64,000 bases of DNA from the NCBI GenBank assembly GCA_951406725.2, contig OX597821.1, forward strand, positions 13,392,001-13,456,000. Direction: 5' to 3'. The notes under the pieces are model-generated. The model saw nothing but the letters and a program-made list of their open reading frames with translations. It had not been told where the DNA came from and searched no databases. The position numbers and the translations under genes are program-made. The stretch is from Octopus vulgaris (taxonomy: Eukaryota). This document shows, piece after piece, positions 40,078 to 54,445 of this stretch (the first letter of the stretch is position 1; each line of letters opens with the position of its first letter).

Positions 40078-40483
40078 GATCCTTTTTGATGGAAAACCTA
40101 CCCGTTTTTTCTTTTTCTTTTTCCCTCCCCCAAAAAGAAAAGCTCTACTTTATAATATGTCCCCTCTGTGTTCAGCCCTGTGTGGCTAATAAAGAAACAT
40201 ATCTATCTATCCATCTATCTATCTATCTATCTATCTACTATCTACCTATCTATCTATCTATCTATCTATCTACTTTATCTATCTATCTAATTTTAATTTA
40301 TTTATTTTTTTATTTATTTTTTTTTGTTCCTTTCTTCCCTTTTACGATCCCTCTTGATCGAAAACCTACGCCACCCCTTTTTTTTTCTTTTGTTTTTTGT
40401 TTTTTTCATCCCCCAAAATAAAAGCTCTACCTTGTAACTTGTCCCATCTGTGTGCAGCCCTGTGTGGCCAATAAAGAAACTTA
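40078..40483 (+). mobile_element. Two tandem (TATC)n-embedded retroelement 3' ends
   Basis: Both end gtccc(c/a)tctgtgt(t/g)cagccctgtgtggc(t/c)aataaagaaac followed by tatctatc. Confidence 0.65.
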
Positions 40484-40799
40484 TCTATCTATCTATCTAA
40501 CTATCTATCTATCTATCCACCTAACTAACTAACTAACTGTCTATCTATTTGTCTGTCTATCTATGAATGAATGTATCTATTTACTGTCTTAGCAACCATC
40601 TCAACATGACCTAGGGTTAAAAATAAACAACCAATCATATATTGACATTTATTCAACAATCACCACAATTTAGCTAAAAGCAGTTTGAGGCGACACTGAA
40701 CATCGTCAATATTGTTGTGGGTGCCATCATTGCCCTTGTTGTTGTTGGTGGTGTTGTTGTTTTTGCCAATGTTGTTATTGCTACTGTAACTTTTGTTGA

Positions 40800-40831
<32 letters not shown>

Positions 40832-41070
40832 TCTCACACAAGCACATACATATAATAGTTTTGATAAGGAGTTATATAAATATAGAATGAATAATGAGTA
40901 GTGAATCTGTTTTTAAATGTCACATCGAAGAATGTTGTTTGACACACCAAATGTCACAGACGAATCCGTCTGTATGTTGTGTGCGTGCGCGCGTGCGCAC
41001 GCGAGTGCGTGTCCGTCTGTCTGTCTGCCTGTGCGATTGTGAGGGGGCGGTTATGCATGTATATGTGCGA

Positions 41071-41177
<107 letters not shown>

Positions 41178-41248
41178 ATATGTATAATGAAATTCCATCC
41201 ATTTACATATTTGTCTGTGAATGGATGTGTACGTGCTTCTGCGAGTAT

Positions 41249-41308
<60 letters not shown>

Positions 41309-41456
41309 ATTTAAATAAGCAGAATTTGACATTAAAGAAATTATGTGAAACAAAATAAACAAAATGTACCACAAAAACTCACACACAGACACAAACACAC
41401 ACGAACATACATATATAATTACATGTATGCCTACATACAAATACTCATGCATATAG

Positions 41457-41490
<34 letters not shown>

Positions 41491-42123
41491 ACATAAATAC
41501 ATACATACATACATACATACATACATACATACATACATACATACATACATACATACATACATACATACATACATACGTACATATACAATCACGATTTACC
41601 GCTAATCCGTTTAATTACTAACGAACCAGAAACAGTTGTTTTTTTTTTCAGGTTGGATAAAGACATGCATGAGATGAAAATATTCGATTCCATCGTATTC
41701 GTATCTACCTCTTTCGCTTATACTACTTGAATTGTACTTATTCGAAAGATATCGATAAAGTAAACATACAGAAGTAACGAGTAGATAAAAGGGACAAATC
41801 GATTTCTGGTAAAAGGTGTACAGTTCCAATATCCGAAAAGTACATTCAAACTTATCTTAATGGCTACCATTGAAGTAGATTAATGTAAGGCACGGTTAAA
41901 CGGACATTTTCGGGAGATTCTATTATCTTTAAACTCTAAGTGGACCCCCCTGGTATGTATAGACAATAAAGGCTTGGATTGGACATGGCTTTTAGAAGAA
42001 TGAGCAGGTTTCTTGTAGAGTATTTAAATTCTGCATAAACTCCATAGTATGAAAGATAAATTGATTCCTGGAGTTTTAAGAAATAGCCGACATACGTATA
42101 CATACACATACACCCATATACAT

Positions 42124-42164
<41 letters not shown>

Positions 42165-42210
42165 CACATATATATATATATTTATACATACATATAAATA
42201 TTTATACATA

Positions 42211-42310
<100 letters not shown>

Positions 42311-42317
42311 TGACATT

Positions 42318-42688
42318 GTCGATAACGATGACGAGGGTCTCAAATGATCTGATCAACGGAACAGCCTGCTCGGGAAATTAACGTGTAAGTGGCTGAGCAC
42401 TCCCCAGACACGTGTACTCTTAACGTAGTTCTCGGAGAAATTCAGCGTGACGCAGAGTGAGACAAGGCTGGCCCTTTGAAATACAGGTACAACAGAAACA
42501 GAAAGAAAGAATGAGAGAAAGTTCAGGCGAAAGAATACAGCAGGGTTCAGCACCACTTCCTGCCGGAGACTCGTGGAGCTTTAGGTGCTTTCGCTCAATA
42601 AACATTCACAGCACCCGGTCTGGGAATCGAAACCACGATTCTATGACCGCGAGACCGCATCCCTAACCACAGTGCCATTACGCCTCCA
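42318..42688 (-). mobile_element. SINE-C, tail type 1
   Basis: Family match. Confidence 0.88.
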
Positions 42689-42726
42689 TACATACATACG
42701 TACATACATACATACACACACACACG

Positions 42727-42763
<37 letters not shown>

Positions 42764-43034
42764 TACATATATATATGATTCCCTGGTGGTGAGTTGTGCA
42801 GAGTGGTGGATACAATACTTCGCGGTATGAGTTCCGACTCCTGGCTCTTTGAATTCAAATCCCGCCCAGGTCAAACTTTGCCGCTCATTTTTTGCTGGTC
42901 GATAAAAAAATATCAGATATTCTAGCGTGATACGTCACAGTATTTGTTCCATGGCTTTGCTTTTTGAAAGAGAACGTCTGCTAGAACATTTCTGCTAAAC
43001 TGTACCAGTCGAAGCCGGGTGAACATTCCTCTAG

Positions 43035-43105
43035 ATAAATAATGTGCAGGAGAGAGACTCACATGCTTGGAAAACTGCAAGAATTCCTAAAAAAGTTACG
43101 TGTGG
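43035..43105 (+). mobile_element. Possible tiny 3' remnant of a Dong-like LINE
   Basis: tgcttggaaaactgcaagaattcct resembles the LLGTARIL-coding end at 9337-9360. Confidence 0.3.
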
Positions 43106-43387
43106 CCCTGTGAATATATGTGTAGATGCATGGCCAACACAGACCATCAGAAGCCCCATGAAATTAACTCTGTGGATGTGGATGATATAAACAATGATTG
43201 AGCATGATTGATCTCTGAGCTTTAGCAAAATGGGTGACACATCTGTATCAATCAATTTCAGGTCTTGAGTCCCAGTGAATATTTAATTAACCATACTGTG
43301 TGTAATCCAAACTCTAGAAGAATACTGACGACACCATTTTTAAATAATTTAATGTAGGTTTGAATTAATGAAGAACATGTAATAACG

Positions 43388-43580
43388 ATTTCAAATTTTG
43401 GCACAAGGACAGCAATTGCGGAGCAGAGGGTAAGTCGATTACATCGACCCCAGTGTTCAACTGTTACTTAATTTACCGACACCGAAAAGATGAATGGTAA
43501 ACTCGACCTCGGAGGAATCTGAACAGCTGAAATACTGCTAAACATTTTGCCCTGCTTGTTAACAATTTTGCCAGCTTACA
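43388..43580 (-). mobile_element. SINE-A (decayed)
   Basis: Tail type 2 and core. Confidence 0.75.
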
Positions 43581-44484
43581 TCAAAGTCTGATATTGATGC
43601 GAGGATCACGTCTCATGCAGTTTTGGAAAGTATTTCATGCCCGCTACTTTTTTCTCAGCTGGGAACTTTGAAGAGAATTAAAATAATTTTCATTCTTAAA
43701 AATGTTGACGTATCTGATTTGTTCCAAGTACATCTTCATCATCATCATCATCATCAATCAAATCAAATAATGGAAAAGTAATGTTGGTTTGGGCAATGAA
43801 AGTTTTTTAAGGAGATGTTCAGAGCGTTTTCCTTGCTCCTCCCCAAAGAGTTTTATTCGGTGCGCTTGCACTCTCTGCAAATTCTTTTCCAGAGCCAATG
43901 CATATCCGATGGAGTTGATTAAGTTTGTTACTATAAAATTGAAAAACGAGATTTTACAACGTCTGTATCATCGTGAAGTGACACGAAAAATAGCTCTAGT
44001 GAACCAACTTTATAAAACTCGTAAAAACATGATCAGATCAGTTATTCTCGTTCGGTTTGTCGAGATGCACATTTAAACCTTAAACTCTAAGTAAAGACCG
44101 TTGTGGCTGTATTCAGTTTTAGTATATAGGATAAGCAACCTCGAAAATCTTTTAACTTTCAATGAGCGCCATATTTGAAGAATAAAAGCATGATTGATGT
44201 TGGATTTTCAGGGAAATGGTCAAGGAACGTTCATAACTGAGCTCCATTAAGAAGGATACAGGCAAGTTTGATCTAAGGTTTACAGTAGAAGGAGCAGAGA
44301 AAAACCAACATTTATCTCAAATTTTGGCACAAGGCCAGAAATTACAAGGGAGAGTTAAATAGATTATATCGCCCTCAGTGCTCAACTGGTATTTCTTTTA
44401 TTGACCTCGGAAGAATGAAAGGCAAAGTCGACCTCGACGACATTTGAACTCAGAACGGAAAGACTGACGAAATGTCGTTAAGTA

Positions 44485-45429
44485 TTGGGTTGTCAGGAAA
44501 AATCGTGCCGATTTATAGTGGAAGCACTCCATCGGTTACGACGACGAGGGTTCCGGTTGATCCGATCAACGGAACAGCCTGCTCGTGAAATTAACGTGTA
44601 AGTGGCTGAGCACTCCCACAGACACGTGTACCCTTAACGTAGTTCTCGGGGATATTCAGCGTGACACAGAGAGTGACAAGGCCGGCCCTTTGAAATACAG
44701 GTACAACAGAAACAGGAAGTAAGAGTGAGAGAAAGTTGCGGTGAAAGAGTACAGCAGGGTTCACCACTATCCCCTGCTTTAGGTGTTTTCGCTGAATAAA
44801 CACTCACAACGCCCGGTCTGGGAATCGAAACCGCGATCCTACGACCGCGAGTCCGCTGCCCTAACCACTGGGCCATTGCGCCTCCACCGATTTATAGTAG
44901 CTTACGTTTCGACTTATTTTAGAACATGGTTGAATCTATAAAATAGGATTTGACCACACCTTCATTTAGAGCACAGTTTAAGCTATCTTTTCGTGGAAGA
45001 AGATTTATGTTCTTATAACCTGTATTAATTCTGTAATCCTTTAAAATGGAAGATAAGAAAGTTCATTTTCGGCACTTGATATTTTGGAAACCAGACAAAA
45101 ATTCCTGCAGCTCGGCTGGGACGTGTTACCCCACACTCTATATTCACCAGATGGTGCTCCTTCGGATTTCCACTTATTCAGGTCTCTGCAGAATAGTCTT
45201 AATGGTAAAAGTTTCAATTCCTTGGATGACGTAAAAAGATACCTTGATGAATTCTTTACCATGAAACCACCTCAGTTATGGGAAGAGGGTATTTTCAAGT
45301 TAAAGGAAAGGTGGAGACGCATTGTGCAACAAAATGGTTCATATTTGGTTGATTAAAAATGTAATGGCGAGTATTTATTGACCTTTTTCTTTCCATTAGA
45401 AATCGGCACGAACTTTCCGGACAACCCAA
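44485..45429 (+). mobile_element. Internally deleted mariner transposon with both TIRs and TA duplication (contains a SINE-C insertion)
   Basis: Left end ta|ttgggttgtcaggaaaaatcgtgccgattt; right end aaatcggcacgaactttccggacaacccaa|ta. N-terminus MEDKKVHFRHLIF is joined to LGWDVLPHTLYSPDGAPSDFHLFRSLQNSL (YSPDLAPSD motif). Confidence 0.93.
44520..44886 (-). mobile_element. SINE-C, tail type 1, inserted at the mariner left end
   Basis: TSD ccgatttatagt at 44508-44519 and 44887-44898. Confidence 0.93.
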
Positions 45430-46140
45430 TATTTTACCCAGCTTGCTAACAACGACTCTTCCAGCTCGTTGCCTTAAAGAAAACAATAATATTTAAGCCC
45501 CAAGTGAACTCCAATAAGAAGGATTAAAGCTGGGTTAAACTTGAGTTATTTTTAGAAATGTAAGCAGACTATCTCTAATATGTTTCAAATATAAATAAGC
45601 CAACCACACAGTATGGACCTTAAAGGCATAGTTACACTAGGATTATATTTTATGTAGGGGAATGAGCCTCGATGACCTATATATTCTAAGTGAACTAGCT
45701 CCACAGAATGAACGCTAAACTTCAGTTGAATACTCATTAGAAATCATTTTTTTTTTAAAGTGACATTAGAGTTCTTGGAATAAATCAAACAGTGAAATAT
45801 GTTTTAGGCCTATATTTTACCAGCACAAAACACAGAACATCACTAGTTTCCTAGGATTCTATTGTTTTACTTCGAAGAATACATTTTGGTTATTGATTTT
45901 TTGCACATATTTATACTATTTGTTTATTGATTTTTATATATATTTATAGTTTTTTGTTTCTTTTTTTGATTGATTGCATCTATTCTTCATATTCGTTGCT
46001 TTTACTTGTGTGTTTGTTTTATTTCACCTTTGCTTCAAGCAAAACAAACAACATCGATTTAAATATTATAAAAAGCACGTTACATAGAGACACATACATA
46101 GATGCGTGTATAACCACATATTCACATAAGCATACCTATA

Positions 46141-46180
<40 letters not shown>

Positions 46181-46330
46181 TGAGTGTGTGTATTCATATA
46201 TGTATGGCAAAATGCATGCATACATACATGCGTGTATACATGCATAAGGAGTAGTACATACATACTTGCACACGCACATGCATACACATACATGCATATA
46301 TAGGTAGATTTATATATATGTGTATGAATG

Positions 46331-46371
<41 letters not shown>

Positions 46372-47132
46372 GGGGGGAGAGAGATATATGGATAGATACA
46401 TAGACAGACATATATATAGATATATGAGTGTGTACCTATATATATATGTTTGTGTGTGCATCTATATATATATATATATATATACACAATATATACACAT
46501 GTGTATATATGAATGTATGTATACATGTATACATACGCACTACATAAATGCATGCACACACATAAACGTGTGCCTATATGCATACATACTAGAGTGTATA
46601 GAAACAGATGCAAAATATGCATTTATTACTGCTTCCTGAGATTAAGTAACAGTCACAAATTGAATTGTCCCCGATAACCTGTATATTTGATGGGATTAAG
46701 CAGATTCTGTTGCATGCTTTTGTGTGCATGTATACATATGTATGTGTGTGTGTGTGTGTGTGTGTGCTCAACATATGTGCAAGTTAAATACAATGATTTC
46801 TAAGTGCACAATAAAAGTGTCAAGGTGCACTGTGTGATTGAAGGTTGAGGCTAGAAGGAGAGACGATAAGCTTGTAATTGAAAGAAGTAAAGAAGTTTTA
46901 TGTGACCAACACGTGCTAATGTTGTGTGTTGGAATGGCAGATGCGATAGTATGACAGGTCAAGTGGCAAGCAGTAGGTTTAGCTCTGAATGTTCTGTGTT
47001 CAAATCTTGTTAGTGTAAGTACTTAACCAGCGTTCCTTTCTCCTTGAGTTTGACGGACTAAGTACCAGTCATACAATCGGTTTCATATTGATTCACAGTT
47101 AGAAAATATAGCTACTGCTGCTATTACTACTG

Positions 47133-47133
47133 G

Positions 47134-47208
<75 letters not shown>

Positions 47209-47226
47209 CGATGTTGATTTTGACGG

Positions 47227-47279
<53 letters not shown>

Positions 47280-47357
47280 TGATGATGATGACGATGATGA
47301 TGACGATGACGATGACGATGAAGATGACGATGATAATGACGATGATGATGATGTTGA
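47133..47357. repeat. (GAT)n microsatellite
   Basis: Seen directly. Confidence 0.95.
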
Positions 47358-48937
47358 TTATGTCTTGGAGGGAATCAGGAATGCTGAATTTTTCCACCTA
47401 ACGGTTCAAATCCTGCTGCTGGTCCGTCACGCTCTTGAGAGAAAGATACCTCTCAACAGACTTGGCCACCCCAATGAGACTCCGAGGTCAGGCAGTTCCC
47501 CAACCCCATCTCATCATCCCAGTGCAGGCTGCGCCATCAATAAACACGAAGAGCTTTGAAAACTAAGCAATATAACGATGACAGTGTGGAGGTGGCGGGG
47601 AGAGAGAAGGAGATCATCGAACTCGCGACTCCTCTGCGCTTATCGAATTCAATACTGTTTGGATACGTTCTAAGCAACAAGAAAACGTTACTGATAATAA
47701 CGAATTTTATTCCTTTGTATATTTATCCCTGTTTCTCAAACCAGCCCTAAAATGTATTAGCACGTGGCTGTTTGAAAACACTCCCAATTTTTAAAAAAAT
47801 ACTAAATAACTGGCATTTAGAACCTTTTTAGAAATTGTAGCTCTAAGCCCCACGTTTCACTAATCCCAGCACATAGCATTTACTATTAATTACACTTACA
47901 TTTATGGATTCTCGTTACACAAATTGAAAAACCACCACCAGCATGTGGTTCCTAAATCGTGGATGCGCTTTTTACAGTCGCACACTCTCACACAAACTCG
48001 CAAAACGAATATCTAGCGTGTAAACTCTTGAGACTAACGTATGATGTGTATAATCAATAAAAACGCTTGTGTATGTCCCTTGTGTGTGGAGTGGGAGAGA
48101 GAAGGGAAGGCACACAGAGGCGAGGCGAGGCGAAGAGAGGCGAAGCGCGCTTGCGTGTGTGCGGACGTACGTTAGCAGCCTCGCATCTATTGCTAAGATC
48201 TAAAACTTCTATACAGTGTATATGAAAGTGAAAGTAGATATTTTCCTGTCAGCCTGTCAGACTGTCAGCCTTCCAACCCGACCGCCTACCATCCTACTAG
48301 CCCGGCAGCCAGCCCATGCGTTCACTTAAATAGTACAAATACAATTGTATGCTATTATTTCGTTTCGATAGAGAATAACGATTCCGGAGAGTAGGCTAAT
48401 GTGAAGGAAACCGGTCAAGGTCTTCGTAATACGAGGTGTGGGGAGACAAAAATAGGGAATACAATGCTATTTATACAGTAGGATCTCACATATGTAATGT
48501 TACGTTGGGGCTGGATCTGCTGAAAATTAGGAATCCAAATTGGGTTGGTGGCACTCACTGACCGAGACACCTAACACAAGTCTAGCAAGTTATTCCTACA
48601 CACACACACAAAGAGGCCAGAAACAAAAAAAACTTTACGCTATACATATAATTTATATACATGTTTATTTATGTATTCATGTACCTATCCATCTATCTAT
48701 CTATATCTATATCTATCTATATATATATGTGTGTGTGCGTGTATGTGTGTGTGTTTGCATGTGTATATAGTGTGATTTCAAATTTTTTAAGCATTTTAAT
48801 TTCATATAAATTCTATATGCAAAATGGACATCTTAATTCGGTTAAGTAAACGGAGATGAACACATACATAAATATACACACACACACACATAACACTCTC
48901 ACACAGAAGATATAGACAGAGAGACAGAGAGACAGAC

Positions 48938-49010
<73 letters not shown>

Positions 49011-49044
49011 CATACATACATACATACATAGATACACACATGCA

Positions 49045-49078
<34 letters not shown>

Positions 49079-49259
49079 CATACATACATACATACATACA
49101 TACATACATACATACATACATACATACATACATACATACATAATGTGTGTGTTTGAAAGAGTTTATATGTTTACCAAAAATCCTATTTTTGCGCAGTGCG
49201 TTACGAGTCACTTAAGCCGTTATTAAGAATACTTTTTTGAAAATACGAACAAGGAGTGT

Positions 49260-49271
49260 TGTGACGTCACA
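49260..49271. promoter_or_regulatory. Perfect CRE palindrome (tgTGACGTCAca)
   Basis: Motif match only, in non-repetitive intronic sequence; one 8-mer hit is expected by chance in 64 kb. Confidence 0.2.
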
Positions 49272-49431
49272 GTGGGACCGTCAGTTTTGTCAACCGGATT
49301 GTATATTTAATCCTTGAAAACAACACTAGCCACAGATTAAGAAAACGGGAATACGGCTTTGAACCTTCTTAGATATATATAAATACCTACATATATATAT
49401 ATATATAATATGCAGAGAACCATCTCTCTTT

Positions 49432-49634
49432 TTTTACTCTTTTACTTGTTTCAGTCATTTGACTGCGGCCATGCTGGAGAACCGCCTTTAGTCGAGCAAA
49501 TCGACCCCGGGACTTATTCTTTGTAAGCCCAGTACTTATTCTATCGGTCTCTTTTGCCGAACCGCTAAGTTACGGGGACGTAAACACACCAGCATCGGTT
49601 GTCAAGCAATGCTAGGCGGACAAACACAGACACA

Positions 49635-49700
<66 letters not shown>

Positions 49701-49861
49701 TACGACAGGCTTCTTTCAGTTTCCGTCCAAATCCACTCACAAGGCATTGATCGGCCCGGGGCTATAGCAGAAGACACTTGCCCAAGAAGCCACGCAGTGG
49801 GACTGAACCCGGATCCATGTGGTTGGTTAGCAAGCTACTTACCACACAGCCACTCCTGCGC

Positions 49862-49863
<2 letters not shown>
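49432..49863 (-). mobile_element. SINE-B, full length
   Basis: Family match. Confidence 0.9.
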
Positions 49864-50403
<540 letters not shown>

Positions 50404-50540
50404 TTCCTCTATCTAACGCCATATAAACATAATATCCATCAAATATTATTTCATATAGTTGCTGTTAGTTTTATCTCAATATTTATGTTTCTACTTTCTT
50501 CTCTATTTCTCCGCATCACCCTCTCTCTCGCTCTCTCTTC

Positions 50541-50600
<60 letters not shown>

Positions 50601-51373
50601 ATCTGCCTTTCTCCTTCTGAGACTCTTCGATTTTCGCTCCACAATATTTCAGAGCATGTATGATTATGTATCAATCCATGTAAATATGCAAATATATGCT
50701 TCTATTTATGCATTGATGTATATAAGTATGCTTGTACGAACTTATGTACGTACGTATATATTTATGTATATAGCTATGCACGTTTGTATGTATGCACATA
50801 TGAATGCATATATGTATGTATGTGTGTGTGTATGTATATATATTTGTGTGTGTGTCTGTCTGTCTTTCGCGTATCACGGACTATTCGCTTCCTTCTCGCT
50901 CCACAAATTTCTTTCCACTTTCTCTCCTACTTCCATCCATCATTCTGATCTACTTCAATCACATTCTCTTCTTCCAACTCTCATCCTCATCATTTATCCT
51001 ACTGCATTAAATCACACACGCGTCCCCACCACGCACACACGCACACACATGCACGCACACATACACACACACACACACTTATGTATACATGCAGAGGATC
51101 GGTAGAGTGTCCGTCACACAAACTAGATTGTTGAATACCGTTATGATCTGAGTGAAAAATATTATTGCCTAGATCCAGTGATTTTCAACCGTTTCGAGAT
51201 CGATATGTAATGTACTGGGATGATCGGTATAATTGATGGACAATGATATCGAAGACAACGCTCCATTTTATCCACAGTCCGGTTATTAAACATAACTACT
51301 CCAAACTGTGTGCTGCCGTATCCTAATACACACACGTACACACACAAACACGTGTGTGTGTGTATGTATATAT

Positions 51374-51463
<90 letters not shown>

Positions 51464-51464
51464 G

Positions 51465-51515
<51 letters not shown>

Positions 51516-51603
51516 GTATAAAGATAAATTGATAGATAGCTATGAATGTATGTATGTGGATGTGCGTATGTTCACACAAACATCTATATAGATTTACACA
51601 CAT

Positions 51604-51705
<102 letters not shown>

Positions 51706-52409
51706 GCTCTCAATGACAAACATAATTACCAATGTACACACGCACACATACATACACACACACATACACACACGCGTGTGTGTGAGAGAGAGGAAGGGAG
51801 AGAGAAACTGCTTGTAGAAACCGATGCAATTACAACGTGGGACGGACATGTTATCCCTGAAAGAATATGCAATGACAAAAATATTTACACTGGTTTATCG
51901 TTTACTTCGGGACCAGGACGCATATTACTCATTAGTGAAATTGTATTCGTAACCACTGAGCAGGTCATATATGTGTAGTGCAAATATTCCTTAATGTGAT
52001 ACGCCGATTATCATTTTGAATTAAACTGCCTGCGTCATTCAATTACAGATTTAATTCAGGCTACCGGTGGTTTATCACGTTATCATTGATTTTTCAGTCT
52101 CTAATTTACTATATCAGTAGCGGCTGATTTTATCTCAGCATCCGCTTGCCAGTGGATACATTCTACTGACGAAGCCTAACCAGGTAGAAATTCGTATTTA
52201 GTAATATCATCACCGTTGCTGAACGACTCTCGCCTCCTACTGATATTTTGCTGCAGATTTTTTCCCTGTTGCTTTTTGTTTTGGTTTTGTTTTTTGTTTT
52301 TTGTTTTTTGCTTTTTACTTAACAGTATACATCTTTAAGAAATGCTATTTCCAGAAGATGACCTCAGGTTAACGATGTGTTTACTATATATATGATACAC
52401 AGATTCACA

Positions 52410-52595
<186 letters not shown>

Positions 52596-52755
52596 CATGT
52601 ATACATACATTCATATGTACATACACATATGCATAGTGATAATGTACTCTAGACACTTGTATATATACATATATATATATACATCATGAGAAAATCTTTA
52701 GAATACCTACAAGTTTCTGTAACTAATTAAAATAAAATTGTCTACTTTAAGTATG

Positions 52756-52807
<52 letters not shown>

Positions 52808-52808
<1 letters not shown>

Positions 52809-53013
52809 GTTAATCCAAACAAGAAAGCACAAAAAAGACACAACAACGCGAGGACGTGGAACAAATATAGTATTATTGGACGCTCAGGAAAGAAGGAAAG
52901 AAGGAGGGTTTAACGTTTCGAGCGGAGCTCTTCGTTGGAAACATAGGAGAAGGAAAGATCCAGAGAAATGAAGGCAGAGGAAAAAAATCGCCAATGGTAC
53001 ACACGAGGTCACA
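52808..53013 (-). mobile_element. Penelope-like terminal-repeat fragment with degenerate hammerhead motif
   Basis: Minus strand gttt-ccaacga-agagctccgctc-gaaa-cgtt-aaac; embedded in TA/CA microsatellite. Confidence 0.5.
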
Positions 53014-53060
53014 TACATATATAAATATATATAGATTAACTTTATAAATATATATATCTG

Positions 53061-53114
<54 letters not shown>

Positions 53115-53627
53115 GAGAGGAGAGAGAGAGAGACGGAGAGAGAGACAGAGAGACAGAGAGACAGAGAGAGAGATAGATAGATATGCATATATTTATACGT
53201 ACATACACTTGTGCATAAGTATTCAAGTATTCCAGACCTATCCACGCACACACATACACACACACATACACACGCACACACACACACACACACACACGCA
53301 CCACATCGTGGGAAGAAATTTCAGAATAACTACAAGTTTCTGTAAGTGATTAAAATAAAATTGGGTTAAATATTGGCAGATGATTATATAGTAAGTTATA
53401 GATAATACATGATGAGTTCAAGGGTGAAACATTTAGTTAAGTTTGTTTCGGAGGAAATTGGTTATCAATAGTTCAAGAGCCATGACTAAATTCCCTGTCT
53501 TATCTCACGACGTTACTTTCCATCTAAGTCTGTCTACAGCTAAGTCTGTCGATCTCTTTCTCTCTCCCTTTCTCCGTATATATATCAAGCATGTCTCCAT
53601 TTATCTACCTTTCTCTGTCTGATAACC

Positions 53628-53958
53628 GTTTCCTTCTCTCCCTCTCTCTTTCCGTCCCTATTTCCTTCTCTCCCTCTCTCTCTCCTTCTCTCTCTCTTTC
53701 CTTCTCTCTCTCTCTCATTCCGTCCCTATTTCCTCCTCTCCCTCTCTCATTCCGTCCCTATTTCCTTCTCTCCCTCTCTCATTCCGTCCCTATTTCCTTC
53801 TCTCCCTCTCTCTCCCTCTCTCTCTCTCCCTCTCTCTCTCTCTCTCTCCCTCTCTCTTTCCGTCCCTATTTCCCTCTCTCTATCTCCCTCTCTCTCTCTC
53901 CCTCTCTCTTTCCGTCCCTATTTCCTTCTCTCCCTCTCTCTTTCCGTCCCTATTTCCT

Positions 53959-53993
<35 letters not shown>

Positions 53994-54030
53994 GTCCCTC
54001 CCTTCTCTCTTTCTCTCTCTCGTTCTCTCT
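53628..54030. repeat. CT-rich minisatellite with ttccgtccctatttcc anchor (about 7 copies)
   Basis: Seen directly. Confidence 0.88.
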
Positions 54031-54445
54031 TCTCCTGACAAATCAACTTCAGTTGTTTCTCCTATTCTCTCTAAATTGATCGAACAATAAAACAGAGAAT
54101 TTCCTTCTCCCTATCTCCTTACATTTTCTTTTCTCTTCCCTCCTACCCCTCTCAGTTCCCTCTCCCTCTCTCTCTCCATCTTTCTCTTTTCTCCTTGCTC
54201 TCTATAGCTCTCATCCACTTCTTTATTTCCTGCCGCATTTAAATTGTCTGCTACCTGTATAGATTGTTTCTCTATACACCTGTGTGTATGTATCAATTCG
54301 CATATATACGCTTCCGATTTCTTACGTGTATGTATGTATGTGCAGGTGTGTTCATGTGTGACTACTAGTAAACATATACATGCTCACTCGTCTATTTTTC
54401 ATAGACATTAGTAATAGCAAAATTTACATTTATAAACATATATAT

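Larger units (their letters stand above)
44315..45476 (-). mobile_element. SINE-A split by the mariner insertion
   Basis: ...gacgaaatgtcgttaag[TA] resumes as [TA]ttttacccagcttgctaac...ccagctcgttgcctt. Confidence 0.8.

Noticed and set aside
41653-41760. Acceptor ttttttcag as NOS1AP exon 2
   Set aside because: Immediate in-frame stop (GTT GGA TAA) and no PTB similarity.
43789-44076. 95-aa ORF in unique-looking DNA
   Set aside because: No recognisable motif or splice support.
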